In this document: positions 16,700 through 24,935 of the stretch, one piece after another | Layout: every line of letters starts with the position of its first letter | Numbering within the stretch: position 1 is the stretch's first letter | Assembly: GCA_002687015.1 (NCBI GenBank) | Contig: NYZB01000239.1 | Span: 2,657 to 66,656, forward strand | Source of the DNA: Deltaproteobacteria bacterium | Lineage (GTDB): Bacteria; Myxococcota_A; UBA9160; UBA6930 | Length of the DNA stretch: 64,000 bases | Reading direction: 5' to 3' | The notes under the pieces: model-generated | The model's input: only the letters and a program-made list of their open reading frames with translations | Databases searched by the model: none | What the model was told of the DNA's origin: nothing | Position numbers and translations under genes: made by a program

Positions 16700-17917
16700 T
16701 CAGGTCGAGAGGCCGTGCTTCTTGAGCCGGTAGGCGACGGCACCGCGTGTCACCCCCATCCGACGACTCATCTCCGCCACGTTGCCACCGCACTCCGCCA
16801 GTAGCGCCACCAGCTCCTCGCGTTCGGCGTGGTACCGGGCGAGCCGGCGTTTCACGAGGCCGTCGTTTCGCTCGGCGACCATCAGGCCGATCGACTCCTC
16901 GACACGAGCGCGTGTCAGGAAGCCCCCTCCCGAGAGCGCCACCGCCTTTTCCATGACATCGGCGAGATCGGTCACGTTCCCGGGCCACGAATGGGACGCA
17001 AGGGCGTCCAGAGCATCGTCGGAGACCCGCACGGGGTGGCATCCGAGCTCTCGCGCGGCCTCCTGGGCCAGGCTCGCGGCCAGGGCGCCCAGATCCCCGA
17101 GGCGGTCGCGGAGAGCAGGGAGCGCCACGACGCAGCTCGTGAGCTCCTTCCAGAATCGCGGAGGAATGGAGCCCTGCGATCCACCGCAGGTCGCGAAGAT
17201 GCGCTGGACCGGGGAGCTACCTCCACGGACTCGATGCAGCTCGGTGTGCCACATTCTCTGATCACGAGCCGAGAAGCGATCGAGCTCTCGCAGCACCACC
17301 TCGCAGCGGATCGTCGGAATCGATGCGTCGTCGCCGTCGGTCACCTGCAGAGGCAGCTCCGGCGCGCTCAGCTCGTGCAGGACGCGGGCCGCGCGGCAGC
17401 GCCCGCTTCCGCGCTCGCCTTCGATCACGACGGGGGAGCGCAGCCGTGCGAACATGCGAAGGCGCCGCTGCGCCTCCACCACCAGCTCGGAGCTTCCATC
17501 GAGCAGTGCATCCGCGGCGTCGGCGGTCGCGATCCCCCGCCGGCCGAGCAGCTCGAGGACCACGTCTGGGAGCCTCTCGAGATCGTCGGGAAAACGCAGG
17601 TAGTCGTCGGCCCCGCTGCGCATGGCCGAGACGGCGGCAGGGATCTCCGCGTGAGCCGTGAGCAGCACGACCGGGACGCTCGACACGCCTCGAATGCGTC
17701 GCAGGAGGTCGAATCCGTCGGTCGAAGGCATGCGGACGTCCGAAACGACGAGGTCGGGCTCCTCGTCCTGGAAGACGAGCCATGCTTCGGCGCCGTCGGT
17801 TGCGGTCAAGACCCTGCATTCGGGGCCGACCAGCTCGTCGGCAATGACGGAGAGCGCGTCCTCGCAATCGTCGACCACGAGGAGCGTCGCGACGGCCTCT
17901 TGCGCCTCAACCGCCAT
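16700..17917 (-). CDS. response regulator: receiver + degenerate sigma-54-activator-like AAA+ remnant + Fis-type HTH
   Basis: REC domain (LLVVDDCED...DLVVSDVRMP...LLTAH). Central region IEGERGSGRCRAAR, VVLRELD, no GAFTGA, WPGNVTDL. HTH GGNVAEMSRRMGVTRGAVAYRLKK. Confidence 0.85.
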   Translation of the reverse strand: MAVEAQEAVATLLVVDDCEDALSVIADELVGPECRVLTATDGAEAWLVFQDEEPDLVVSDVRMPSTDGFDLLRRIRGVSSVPVVLLTAHAEIPAAVSAMRSGADDYLRFPDDLERLPDVVLELLGRRGIATADAADALLDGSSELVVEAQRRLRMFARLRSPVVIEGERGSGRCRAARVLHELSAPELPLQVTDGDDASIPTIRCEVVLRELDRFSARDQRMWHTELHRVRGGSSPVQRIFATCGGSQGSIPPRFWKELTSCVVALPALRDRLGDLGALAASLAQEAARELGCHPVRVSDDALDALASHSWPGNVTDLADVMEKAVALSGGGFLTRARVEESIGLMVAERNDGLVKRRLARYHAEREELVALLAECGGNVAEMSRRMGVTRGAVAYRLKKHGLST

Positions 17918-20213
17918 CGTTCGCTCGGGGTCGGGGGCGCGAGATCCACCCCAGCCCGCTGACCATCGCGGGGAGAAGGATTAGATCGGCCACCAACGCC
18001 CCGGCCACCGCGAGCGCACTGAGCAGACCGATGTTCGCGACGCTTTGAAAGGACGAAACCAGCATCGTCGAGAAGCCCAGCGAGAGCGCCAGCGAGGTCG
18101 TGACCAGGGCACGCCCCACGGACTCGACCGCCTTCCGGATGGCCGCCTCCCCCGGATCTCCGTCGCGCCGATGGCGCAGGTACCGGGACATGACGTGGAT
18201 CGTGTCGTCCACGGCGATGCCCAGGGCGAGGGGAGCGACCATCGAGGTGCCAACGTCCAGTGCGATGCCCAGCGAACCCATGGCACCCAGCAGGATGGCG
18301 ACGGGAAGCAGGTTCGGGACCAGCGCGAAGAGGCCCCATCCGATGGAGCGGAGGAACACGACGAGAAGCAGGAACACCAGGAGAGCCGCGATCGAGAAGG
18401 AGCGAAGCTGGGTGCGCCGAATCGACTCGACGGAGGCCTGGCTCAGCATCAGGGGACCGGTCAGAACCACCTCCCAGTCGGCGGGGATGTGGGTCGCGAT
18501 CAGACCCTGGAGCGCGGAGAAGACCCGAATCCGATCCGCCTGCAGCAGGCGACCTGCCTCCAGGGAGATGCGAGCCTGCCGCCCATCGATCGAGAGCCAG
18601 GGGTCGAGCACCTCTCCACCTCCCACCGAGGCCAGCATGAGGAGCTCTCCAACTTCCTGGGGAGAGGTCGGTAGCTCACCGGGCCCCGTGTCTGCTCCCG
18701 TCGCCTCCCTGAGCACCAGCAGGTTGTCGACGACCGAGCGGGCCCTTCCCAACCCGGGCACCCGCTCGGCCCGTCGGGAGAAGTCGTGGATGGAACGCAC
18801 TGTGGCCGGCTGGTAGATCGAGTCCTGCGAGGGAAGCCGCAGCTCGAGCTCCAGCGAATCGGGCTTCCGGAGCTTGCGCTCGAAGAAACGAAGGGCCTGG
18901 GGAACCGCTTCTCCCGGCTCCCAGTACGAGTAGATGTCGACCTCGGTCCTGATCTTTCCGAGACCCATAGAAGCCATGAGGCCGAGGGGCAGGGCGAGTG
19001 CAATCACGAGCTTCCACTTCCCGATCGCCAGGTCTCCGATTCCCCGTACGATCGGCCGCCACGATGACGAATGGGCAATCGAAGTCGAGCTCTCGACGGG
19101 GAGCAGAACCAGGACGGCAGGCAACAACGAGAAGCAGAAGAGGAACGCGAACCCCACACCCGCTGCGGCCAGCACCCCGAAGCGGGCCAGGCCGAGGACA
19201 TCGCTGCTCCACAGGGAGACGAAGGCGCTCGCCGTCGTGAGGGTCGTCATCAGACAAGGCGCCGCCAGGCTTCGGGCGGCGCTGGCCAGGGCCCTGCGCG
19301 GATCGGAGTCGTCGATCCGGAAGTGGGCGTAGGCCGAGAGCAGGTGGATCGCATCGGCTGCGGCGACGACGAGAACCATGCTCGAGACGGCCGTGGTCAC
19401 GGGGTCCAGCGGCCAGCCCGCCACGCCCATCAAACCGAACACCGCCGCGGTGGCGCACCCGACGTTCAGCATGACGGCCAGGACGGCCTGCCAGGATCGC
19501 GTGAGCCCGAGGATGACCACGAAGATCACCACCGATGCACAGAGGCCGACGAGTATCCCATCCGTCGCCGCCGTCTCCAGGATGGCCGTTTCGACCACGG
19601 GTTGACCCAGGAGGAAGAACTCGAAGCCCAGGGCCCGAAAGGAAGCGAGCTCCGCGTCGATCGCATCGACGGCCAGGAAGATCTCCTCGCTGTCGGCGGA
19701 GTTCATCTCGACGACCAGCGCACCGACGAGGCCATCGGCGGAGACCACGTTTCCCAGCCAGGTCGGGTCCTGGAGCGCCAGGAGGGCGAGCCCTTCCCGA
19801 TCCGGAACGACGGAACCGTCTTCGACCAGGTGTCGGACGGCGAGCCCACCCCCGGGCTCCGCAACGAGCAGGGGGCTCGTCGCCGGGCTCGCCACAGCGC
19901 GTACGTAGGGGAGCCGATCGAGGCCGGAGGCCACCCGAGCGGCCATGAGCAGAGAGCCGTCGTCGAGTGCAGAATCACAGGCGCCGGACGGGCCGCATGC
20001 CCAGCCGATCAGGACGGGATACCCGCCCCCGAACTGGTCGATGAAGCGGTCGAAGTCCTTCACCGCGGGATGCTCACGTCCGAGCTGGGCGCGCGGACCG
20101 ACCAGGGTCTTCTGATCGGTGAGGGTGCCCAGCGAGGCCGCCAGCAGGAACAGGACCAGGGCGACGATCGTCCGCGGATACCGCATCGACGCTTCGGCCA
20201 TCCGGACGATCAC
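17907..20213 (-). CDS. MMPL/RND-superfamily exporter (COG1033-like, two 6-TM bundles)
   Basis: 768 aa with a duplicated architecture of periplasmic loop plus 5-6 TM clusters. GTGA overlap with the kinase stop. 11-nt overlap with the downstream regulator. Confidence 0.8.
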   Translation of the reverse strand: MIVRMAEASMRYPRTIVALVLFLLAASLGTLTDQKTLVGPRAQLGREHPAVKDFDRFIDQFGGGYPVLIGWACGPSGACDSALDDGSLLMAARVASGLDRLPYVRAVASPATSPLLVAEPGGGLAVRHLVEDGSVVPDREGLALLALQDPTWLGNVVSADGLVGALVVEMNSADSEEIFLAVDAIDAELASFRALGFEFFLLGQPVVETAILETAATDGILVGLCASVVIFVVILGLTRSWQAVLAVMLNVGCATAAVFGLMGVAGWPLDPVTTAVSSMVLVVAAADAIHLLSAYAHFRIDDSDPRRALASAARSLAAPCLMTTLTTASAFVSLWSSDVLGLARFGVLAAAGVGFAFLFCFSLLPAVLVLLPVESSTSIAHSSSWRPIVRGIGDLAIGKWKLVIALALPLGLMASMGLGKIRTEVDIYSYWEPGEAVPQALRFFERKLRKPDSLELELRLPSQDSIYQPATVRSIHDFSRRAERVPGLGRARSVVDNLLVLREATGADTGPGELPTSPQEVGELLMLASVGGGEVLDPWLSIDGRQARISLEAGRLLQADRIRVFSALQGLIATHIPADWEVVLTGPLMLSQASVESIRRTQLRSFSIAALLVFLLLVVFLRSIGWGLFALVPNLLPVAILLGAMGSLGIALDVGTSMVAPLALGIAVDDTIHVMSRYLRHRRDGDPGEAAIRKAVESVGRALVTTSLALSLGFSTMLVSSFQSVANIGLLSALAVAGALVADLILLPAMVSGLGWISRPRPRANDGG

Positions 20214-22594
20214 CGGCAGGCCTCCCCCTCGCTCGTCAGGGCCGAGGCCGCGTAGGGGATCCGGATCCTGACCGTCGTGCCCAGGCCCACTTCCGACGAC
20301 AGCTCCAGCACCCCGCCCAGGCGGGCGATGATGTCGCGCGAAATGGAGAGGCCCAGGCCCGACCCGCCCTCCCGGATCCGCACGAAGGGCTCCTGGATCC
20401 GCCGCAGCTCACCGTTCGCGATGCCGCAGCCCTCGTCCCGCACCGTGATCTCCACCCCACTCCCCATCTCGGTGATGGCAAGGTCGACGACGCTGCCGTC
20501 TTCGGAGGCGCGGAGCCCGTTGTCGATCACGTTCACGAGAACGCGACTCAGGCGCTGCACTTCCGGCGGGAAGCCGCGCGTCGCGGGGAAGGGGTGAACG
20601 ACCACCCTCCCCGGGCCATGGATCTGATCGACCTCGGCCAGTGCGACCGCCACGACATCCGGAAGCTCGACGGTCGGCTGCTCGAGTGCACCGGAGAGGG
20701 GATCGAGGATGCCGCGGACGATCTTCCGCAGGTCGCTCGCCAACCGGGAGATCGTCCGGAGGGCGCCCGTCAGATCCCCGTCGTCCGGCCACCTGCGGGC
20801 GAGCCGCGCGGCCATCACCTCGAGGGTCCCGAGCGGCTTTCCGATCTCGTGGGCCAGCTCTGCATGGATCCTTCCTCTGGCGGCAAAGCGATCGGCCACG
20901 ACCAGGGCCTCGGTCAGCACGGCGTTCTCGAAGGACACGGCGAGCTGCGAGGCAATCGACGTGAGAAAGGCCAGCTGTCCGACGGGGAAGAGCACACCGG
21001 GCCGGCGGGGGCTCACCAGGATCCAGCCGAAGACCCCCCTGCGGCCTCGAATCGGACAGCTCACCTGGACACCGAGGTCGTAGAGCCGTTGCCCCTCGAG
21101 GTCGAGATCGCACCGGTTGAGATCGACCGGAGCTTCGACGGAGAGCCGCTCGGCGATCGATACGGCATCGGGATCGGTGCAGGCTCGAGGGCCGGAGGCC
21201 GTGGCGAGGCGAAAGCCGCCTCCCTGAGGTACGAAGATCGCGTTCTCGGCGTCTCGCAGCCCCTTGGCCAGCACCGCCGACGCACGACGCGCGACCCAGT
21301 CGATGTCCCCGGGATCGCCGTTGGTGGGGAAGTCCGCGTCCAGGCGAAGGTGATCCCAGCGAGCCGGTCGGAAGGCCGCCGTCGTGAAGCTCTTGATCCA
21401 GGCGCGAAGGAGATCGAGTGGCGAGACGAGACAGAAGATGGTCGCGAAGAGCACGGGGGGTGCGCGAATGACGTCGGGGACCTGGATCGAATCCCGGAAC
21501 AGGAGCACCGGGACGAAGACCAGCGCCGAAACCGACATCAGATACGCGAGGTGCGCGGCCACGGCCCGCACCCACACATCGAGATCGAAGAGCTGATAGC
21601 GCGCAATCGCGTATCCCAGGGGAAGCGGAGAGAGGGCAGCTCCGACCGTCACGGCGGGAATCCCGCCGCCCGGGGGATCGAGGGCGTGCGCGGCGATCGT
21701 CAGAGCGCCGAGACTGGAGACTCCGAGGAGGAAGGCCCGGCATTGCCGCCGCCGAAGCAGAGAGGGCGACTCCCGGGCAGCCAGGTAGCTGGCCAGGCAG
21801 AGCAGGACGAAGGCTCCCACGGCCGCGGCAAGGAGAACCTGCTGGACCACGATCATCGTCGAGTCCGAGGACCGGTAGGCGGAGTCGACTTCGACGAGCC
21901 ACAGGACGAGAGCGATCCCGTAGAGGACGAAGCGGAGGGCCGGCACTCGCACGATCGACTCCCGCCGGGTGGGGAATACCAGGGCGAGATCGGCGAGGGC
22001 GGCAGGAAGCAGCGCCCTGGCCGCGGCGGTGATGGGGTAGCTCTCCACGGTGGATCCGCCGAGGATCGACTCGACCATCAACGCGCCAACCGCAGCGTAG
22101 AAGATGGCGAAGGGCACCGATGCAGCGACGTCGGCGCGAACTGCCGTGAGACAGGCGATGAGAAGCAGCATCGCGCCCAGGACCAGGGAAGAGATCAGGC
22201 GCGCCCATCCCTGTGCCCGACTCTCCTCGTGGAGTCGCACTTCGACCTCGGAGAAGGGAGGCCCAGCGAGGCCCACGCGAAGGCTTCGGGACTTCTCTTC
22301 CCCGATGAGGTGCAGGATCTCGGCGGCCGAGTTCACGAACTGCGCTCGTTCGCCGACCTCGAGCGTGACGATTCGCGATCCGTAGGAGAGCGGGCATCCG
22401 TCATCCGGGCTTGCCGAGAGGGCGACGACCGCGTTCGGATAGAGGGGACAGGGGAAGTGGTCCCGCGCCGAAACGACCAGGGCCTGAAGGGAAAGGAGGA
22501 GGACGGCCGCCAGGGGGATCGCAGAGACGGTGCCGAGCAGCACGGCCCTGCCGGCCCTTCTCTTGGAGCCCCGAGTGTCCACCGGTTGGCGCAT
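20210..22594 (-). CDS. multi-TM sensor histidine kinase
   Basis: 794 aa. N-terminal extracytoplasmic segment, then about 8 hydrophobic helices and a cytoplasmic linker. H-box AELAHEIGKPL. HATPase motifs (NVIDNGLRAS, DEGCGI, GSGLGL). Confidence 0.85.
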   Translation of the reverse strand: MRQPVDTRGSKRRAGRAVLLGTVSAIPLAAVLLLSLQALVVSARDHFPCPLYPNAVVALSASPDDGCPLSYGSRIVTLEVGERAQFVNSAAEILHLIGEEKSRSLRVGLAGPPFSEVEVRLHEESRAQGWARLISSLVLGAMLLLIACLTAVRADVAASVPFAIFYAAVGALMVESILGGSTVESYPITAAARALLPAALADLALVFPTRRESIVRVPALRFVLYGIALVLWLVEVDSAYRSSDSTMIVVQQVLLAAAVGAFVLLCLASYLAARESPSLLRRRQCRAFLLGVSSLGALTIAAHALDPPGGGIPAVTVGAALSPLPLGYAIARYQLFDLDVWVRAVAAHLAYLMSVSALVFVPVLLFRDSIQVPDVIRAPPVLFATIFCLVSPLDLLRAWIKSFTTAAFRPARWDHLRLDADFPTNGDPGDIDWVARRASAVLAKGLRDAENAIFVPQGGGFRLATASGPRACTDPDAVSIAERLSVEAPVDLNRCDLDLEGQRLYDLGVQVSCPIRGRRGVFGWILVSPRRPGVLFPVGQLAFLTSIASQLAVSFENAVLTEALVVADRFAARGRIHAELAHEIGKPLGTLEVMAARLARRWPDDGDLTGALRTISRLASDLRKIVRGILDPLSGALEQPTVELPDVVAVALAEVDQIHGPGRVVVHPFPATRGFPPEVQRLSRVLVNVIDNGLRASEDGSVVDLAITEMGSGVEITVRDEGCGIANGELRRIQEPFVRIREGGSGLGLSISRDIIARLGGVLELSSEVGLGTTVRIRIPYAASALTSEGEACR

Positions 22595-22602
22595 GGCGCT
22601 CC

Positions 22603-23478
22603 CTAGTCACCATCGGGGGGAAGTGAAGGGACCTCGCGGGAGGTCTCCAGCGCAGCCATCGAGAAGAGCGAGTCGTCGAACTGCCGGTCGAGCTGGATCT
22701 CGGTCACGACGAGCTCGGTGGAGGTCCGACGTTGGGGTTCGCTCACCCTGATGAAGCTTGGGATCCTGCAGTGCCCGCTCTCCAGCATTCCGGAGCGAGG
22801 CATCTCCATGATCTTGTAGGGCTTCGACGCGGCTCGCTTGAAGTACCTCGTTCGGAGGATCGCGTGATCACGCTGGGCGATCAGGTAGTGAACGCGGGCG
22901 AAGGTGGTTGCGGCGGCCGGGCGCGCGAGGAGCTCCCACGAGGGCTCGCCGGCCATCACCGAACCGGCACTCCCCTCGACCTCAAAGTCCCCGACCTGCT
23001 GCCGTTCGAAGTCGTGGTAGCTGAGATCCGTGCCGAGGAAGGCGTCTCCGGATTGACCTCCACTGACTCGACGAATTCGGCGCAAGCTCGGGAGGAAGAC
23101 AAAGCGTTCGGCATCGCCCCCGCTCTGCCGGGCCTCGATGCCGAGGAACGCCACCCCCCGGATGTACTGCGGCTCACGAAAGCGTACGTAGGTGTGGAGG
23201 CGGTCCCCGATGATCTTGCTCGCCACTTCGAGTCGGCGATGGAGGGCGCGAGCCGCGCCCCGCCGCGCCTCGATCTCGACCACGCCCGAGAGAGCGCAGT
23301 CGTAGCGCGCCGCGAAGGCCCGCATGAGGTGCTGGGCGGGCGGGGAAAGCACCTTGTCCTCTGCAGCGCCGCTCGGGCTCGCGACCAGCGAGCACAGGTG
23401 GAGGAAGGCGGGAAGGAGAACGAAGCGCCGGATGCGGGAGGTGGACGTGGTGGAAGGGCGCGGCATCGGGAGCTCCAT
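22603..23478 (-). CDS. LolA-like outer-membrane lipoprotein-sorting family protein
   Basis: Signal peptide RRFVLLPAFLHLCSLVASPSGA. FREPQYIRGVAFL...FLPSLRRIRRVSGGQSGDAFLGTDLSYHDF matches the LolA_like family pattern. Start could be 23478, 23466 or 23514. Confidence 0.7.
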   Translation of the reverse strand: MELPMPRPSTTSTSRIRRFVLLPAFLHLCSLVASPSGAAEDKVLSPPAQHLMRAFAARYDCALSGVVEIEARRGAARALHRRLEVASKIIGDRLHTYVRFREPQYIRGVAFLGIEARQSGGDAERFVFLPSLRRIRRVSGGQSGDAFLGTDLSYHDFERQQVGDFEVEGSAGSVMAGEPSWELLARPAAATTFARVHYLIAQRDHAILRTRYFKRAASKPYKIMEMPRSGMLESGHCRIPSFIRVSEPQRRTSTELVVTEIQLDRQFDDSLFSMAALETSREVPSLPPDGD

Positions 23479-23640
23479 CCGCAGCGCGGAAGGGGATGGG
23501 CTCCATTTCCTCACAGGACGAGTGCGCCAAAGGTCAGGAGATCTTCAATTCCCCATCGATCTCGACGTGACGGTCCCCCTGGGGTCAAACCGGCTTCGGC
23601 GGGCCGGACGCGAAGTCCCCTCTTCCCGGCCACGAGGCCG

Positions 23641-24342
23641 TCAGCCGGATGGCTCCACACTCCCCAGAACGAAGTAGCGCTCCGTCTCCACGAGCTCCGG
23701 CCGCCAGCCGAGCGCGGCGAGCTCGGCCGCCAGGGCTGCCGCCGTGTAGTAGACCTTCACGATCCGGAAGCGGCGGCCGTCGTTCAGGGTCCGTTCGACG
23801 GTCGGGTCCTCGGCCGTGGGGTTCTCGGGGTGGCGGATGGAGCTCGACCGGAGGTTGTCGACCAGGAAGACCCGGCCGCCGGGAGCCAGTGCGGCGCCCA
23901 CGCGCTGCCAGAAGCGGGCCATGCGCGGGGCGGGCACGTGGGAGACCCAGAAGGCGAAGAAGACGAAGTCGTAGCGCTCCGCGGGCTGCCAGGAGAAGAC
24001 GTCTCCGATCTCGTAGCGCACCCGCGGGTCGCCGACGCGCGTGCGGTTGCGCGCCAGCGCCTCGGGCGAGCTGTCGAGAGCCGTCAGGGTCTCGGCCCGG
24101 CTCGCCAGGATGCGCGTCCAGTAGCCGGTGCCGGCCGCGATCTCCAGGACGCGCCCGCCCGGGCGGCTTGCCAGCAGGGCCCCTTGCACCTGGTCGAGCT
24201 CGTCCGCCCAACGCCGGTTGCCCTCCGCGCCCAGGTCGTAGCGGCCGCGGCGGGCGTACCACTCGTCGTACTCGGGGGCGCGCTCGCGGTAGTAGCGGAT
24301 CTGCTCCTCGAGCAGCCGCTCGTGGGGGTCGACCTTGGCCAT
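23641..24342 (-). CDS. class I SAM-dependent methyltransferase
   Basis: Motif I VLEIAAGTGYWT, plus the post-I acidic residue LTALDSS and GGRVFLVD. Confidence 0.85.
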   Translation of the reverse strand: MAKVDPHERLLEEQIRYYRERAPEYDEWYARRGRYDLGAEGNRRWADELDQVQGALLASRPGGRVLEIAAGTGYWTRILASRAETLTALDSSPEALARNRTRVGDPRVRYEIGDVFSWQPAERYDFVFFAFWVSHVPAPRMARFWQRVGAALAPGGRVFLVDNLRSSSIRHPENPTAEDPTVERTLNDGRRFRIVKVYYTAAALAAELAALGWRPELVETERYFVLGSVEPSG

Positions 24343-24382
24343 GGCGAGTGCGGGGGCCGGGCCGCTTGCGGCCCGGCGCTCC

Positions 24383-24820
24383 TCAATCGCGCATGCGTCG
24401 GGCCAGCCGCTCGTTCATGTAGGCGGTGGCGGCCTGCCAGGTCTCGTCGCCGACCGCGCTGCCGACCTCCTGGTGCATGGTGCCGATGCTCTCCAGGCTC
24501 GCCACGTGGGCCGTGCGCAGCGGCTCCTCCAGGGCGAGGAGGGCGGCCGCGTCGCCGCCACTCGCGAGGCCCAGGACCATCTCCCGGTGCTGCTTCAGCA
24601 GGGTGGTCAGGGCCGCGGTCACATCGGCCTGGTGCTGCTCGATCACGGCTTCGGCGGCCGCGATCTGCTCGTCGGTGGCGTCCTGCTCCTCGAGCGCATC
24701 GACGAGCCAGTCGGTGCCGTGCTCGAAGATCCAGCCGGCGCCGTCTTCGGCGGTGTGCCGCCGCCCACAGGCCGAGAGGCCCATGGCCAGGACCAGCAAG
24801 AGAACCGTGGCGAATCGCAT
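24383..24820 (-). CDS. periplasmic lipoprotein, possibly Spy/CpxP-like helical protein
   Basis: ORF 24383..24952 trimmed to MRFATVLLLVLAMGLSAC (lipobox). Helical and acidic, with an xTxxQ-like ATDEQ element. Confidence 0.5.
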   Translation of the reverse strand: MRFATVLLLVLAMGLSACGRRHTAEDGAGWIFEHGTDWLVDALEEQDATDEQIAAAEAVIEQHQADVTAALTTLLKQHREMVLGLASGGDAAALLALEEPLRTAHVASLESIGTMHQEVGSAVGDETWQAATAYMNERLARRMRD

Positions 24821-24935
24821 GACGATCTCCTCCGGGCGCTGGGCAGAGGGTAGCCCCTGGCCGGAGGGCGATCGAACGCCGTCGCTGCCGTGCGGGGCTT
24901 CACGTCCCCTCGTGGGCTCGCTGGAATCTCGGCTC

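Noticed and set aside
23514-23529. Possible sigma-54 promoter upstream of the LolA-like/kinase/MMPL operon (TGGCGC-N5-TCCTG on the minus strand).
   Set aside because: The -12 element lacks the conserved GC (TTGC). The neighbouring EBP-like regulators lack GAFTGA, so there is no support for sigma-54 dependence.
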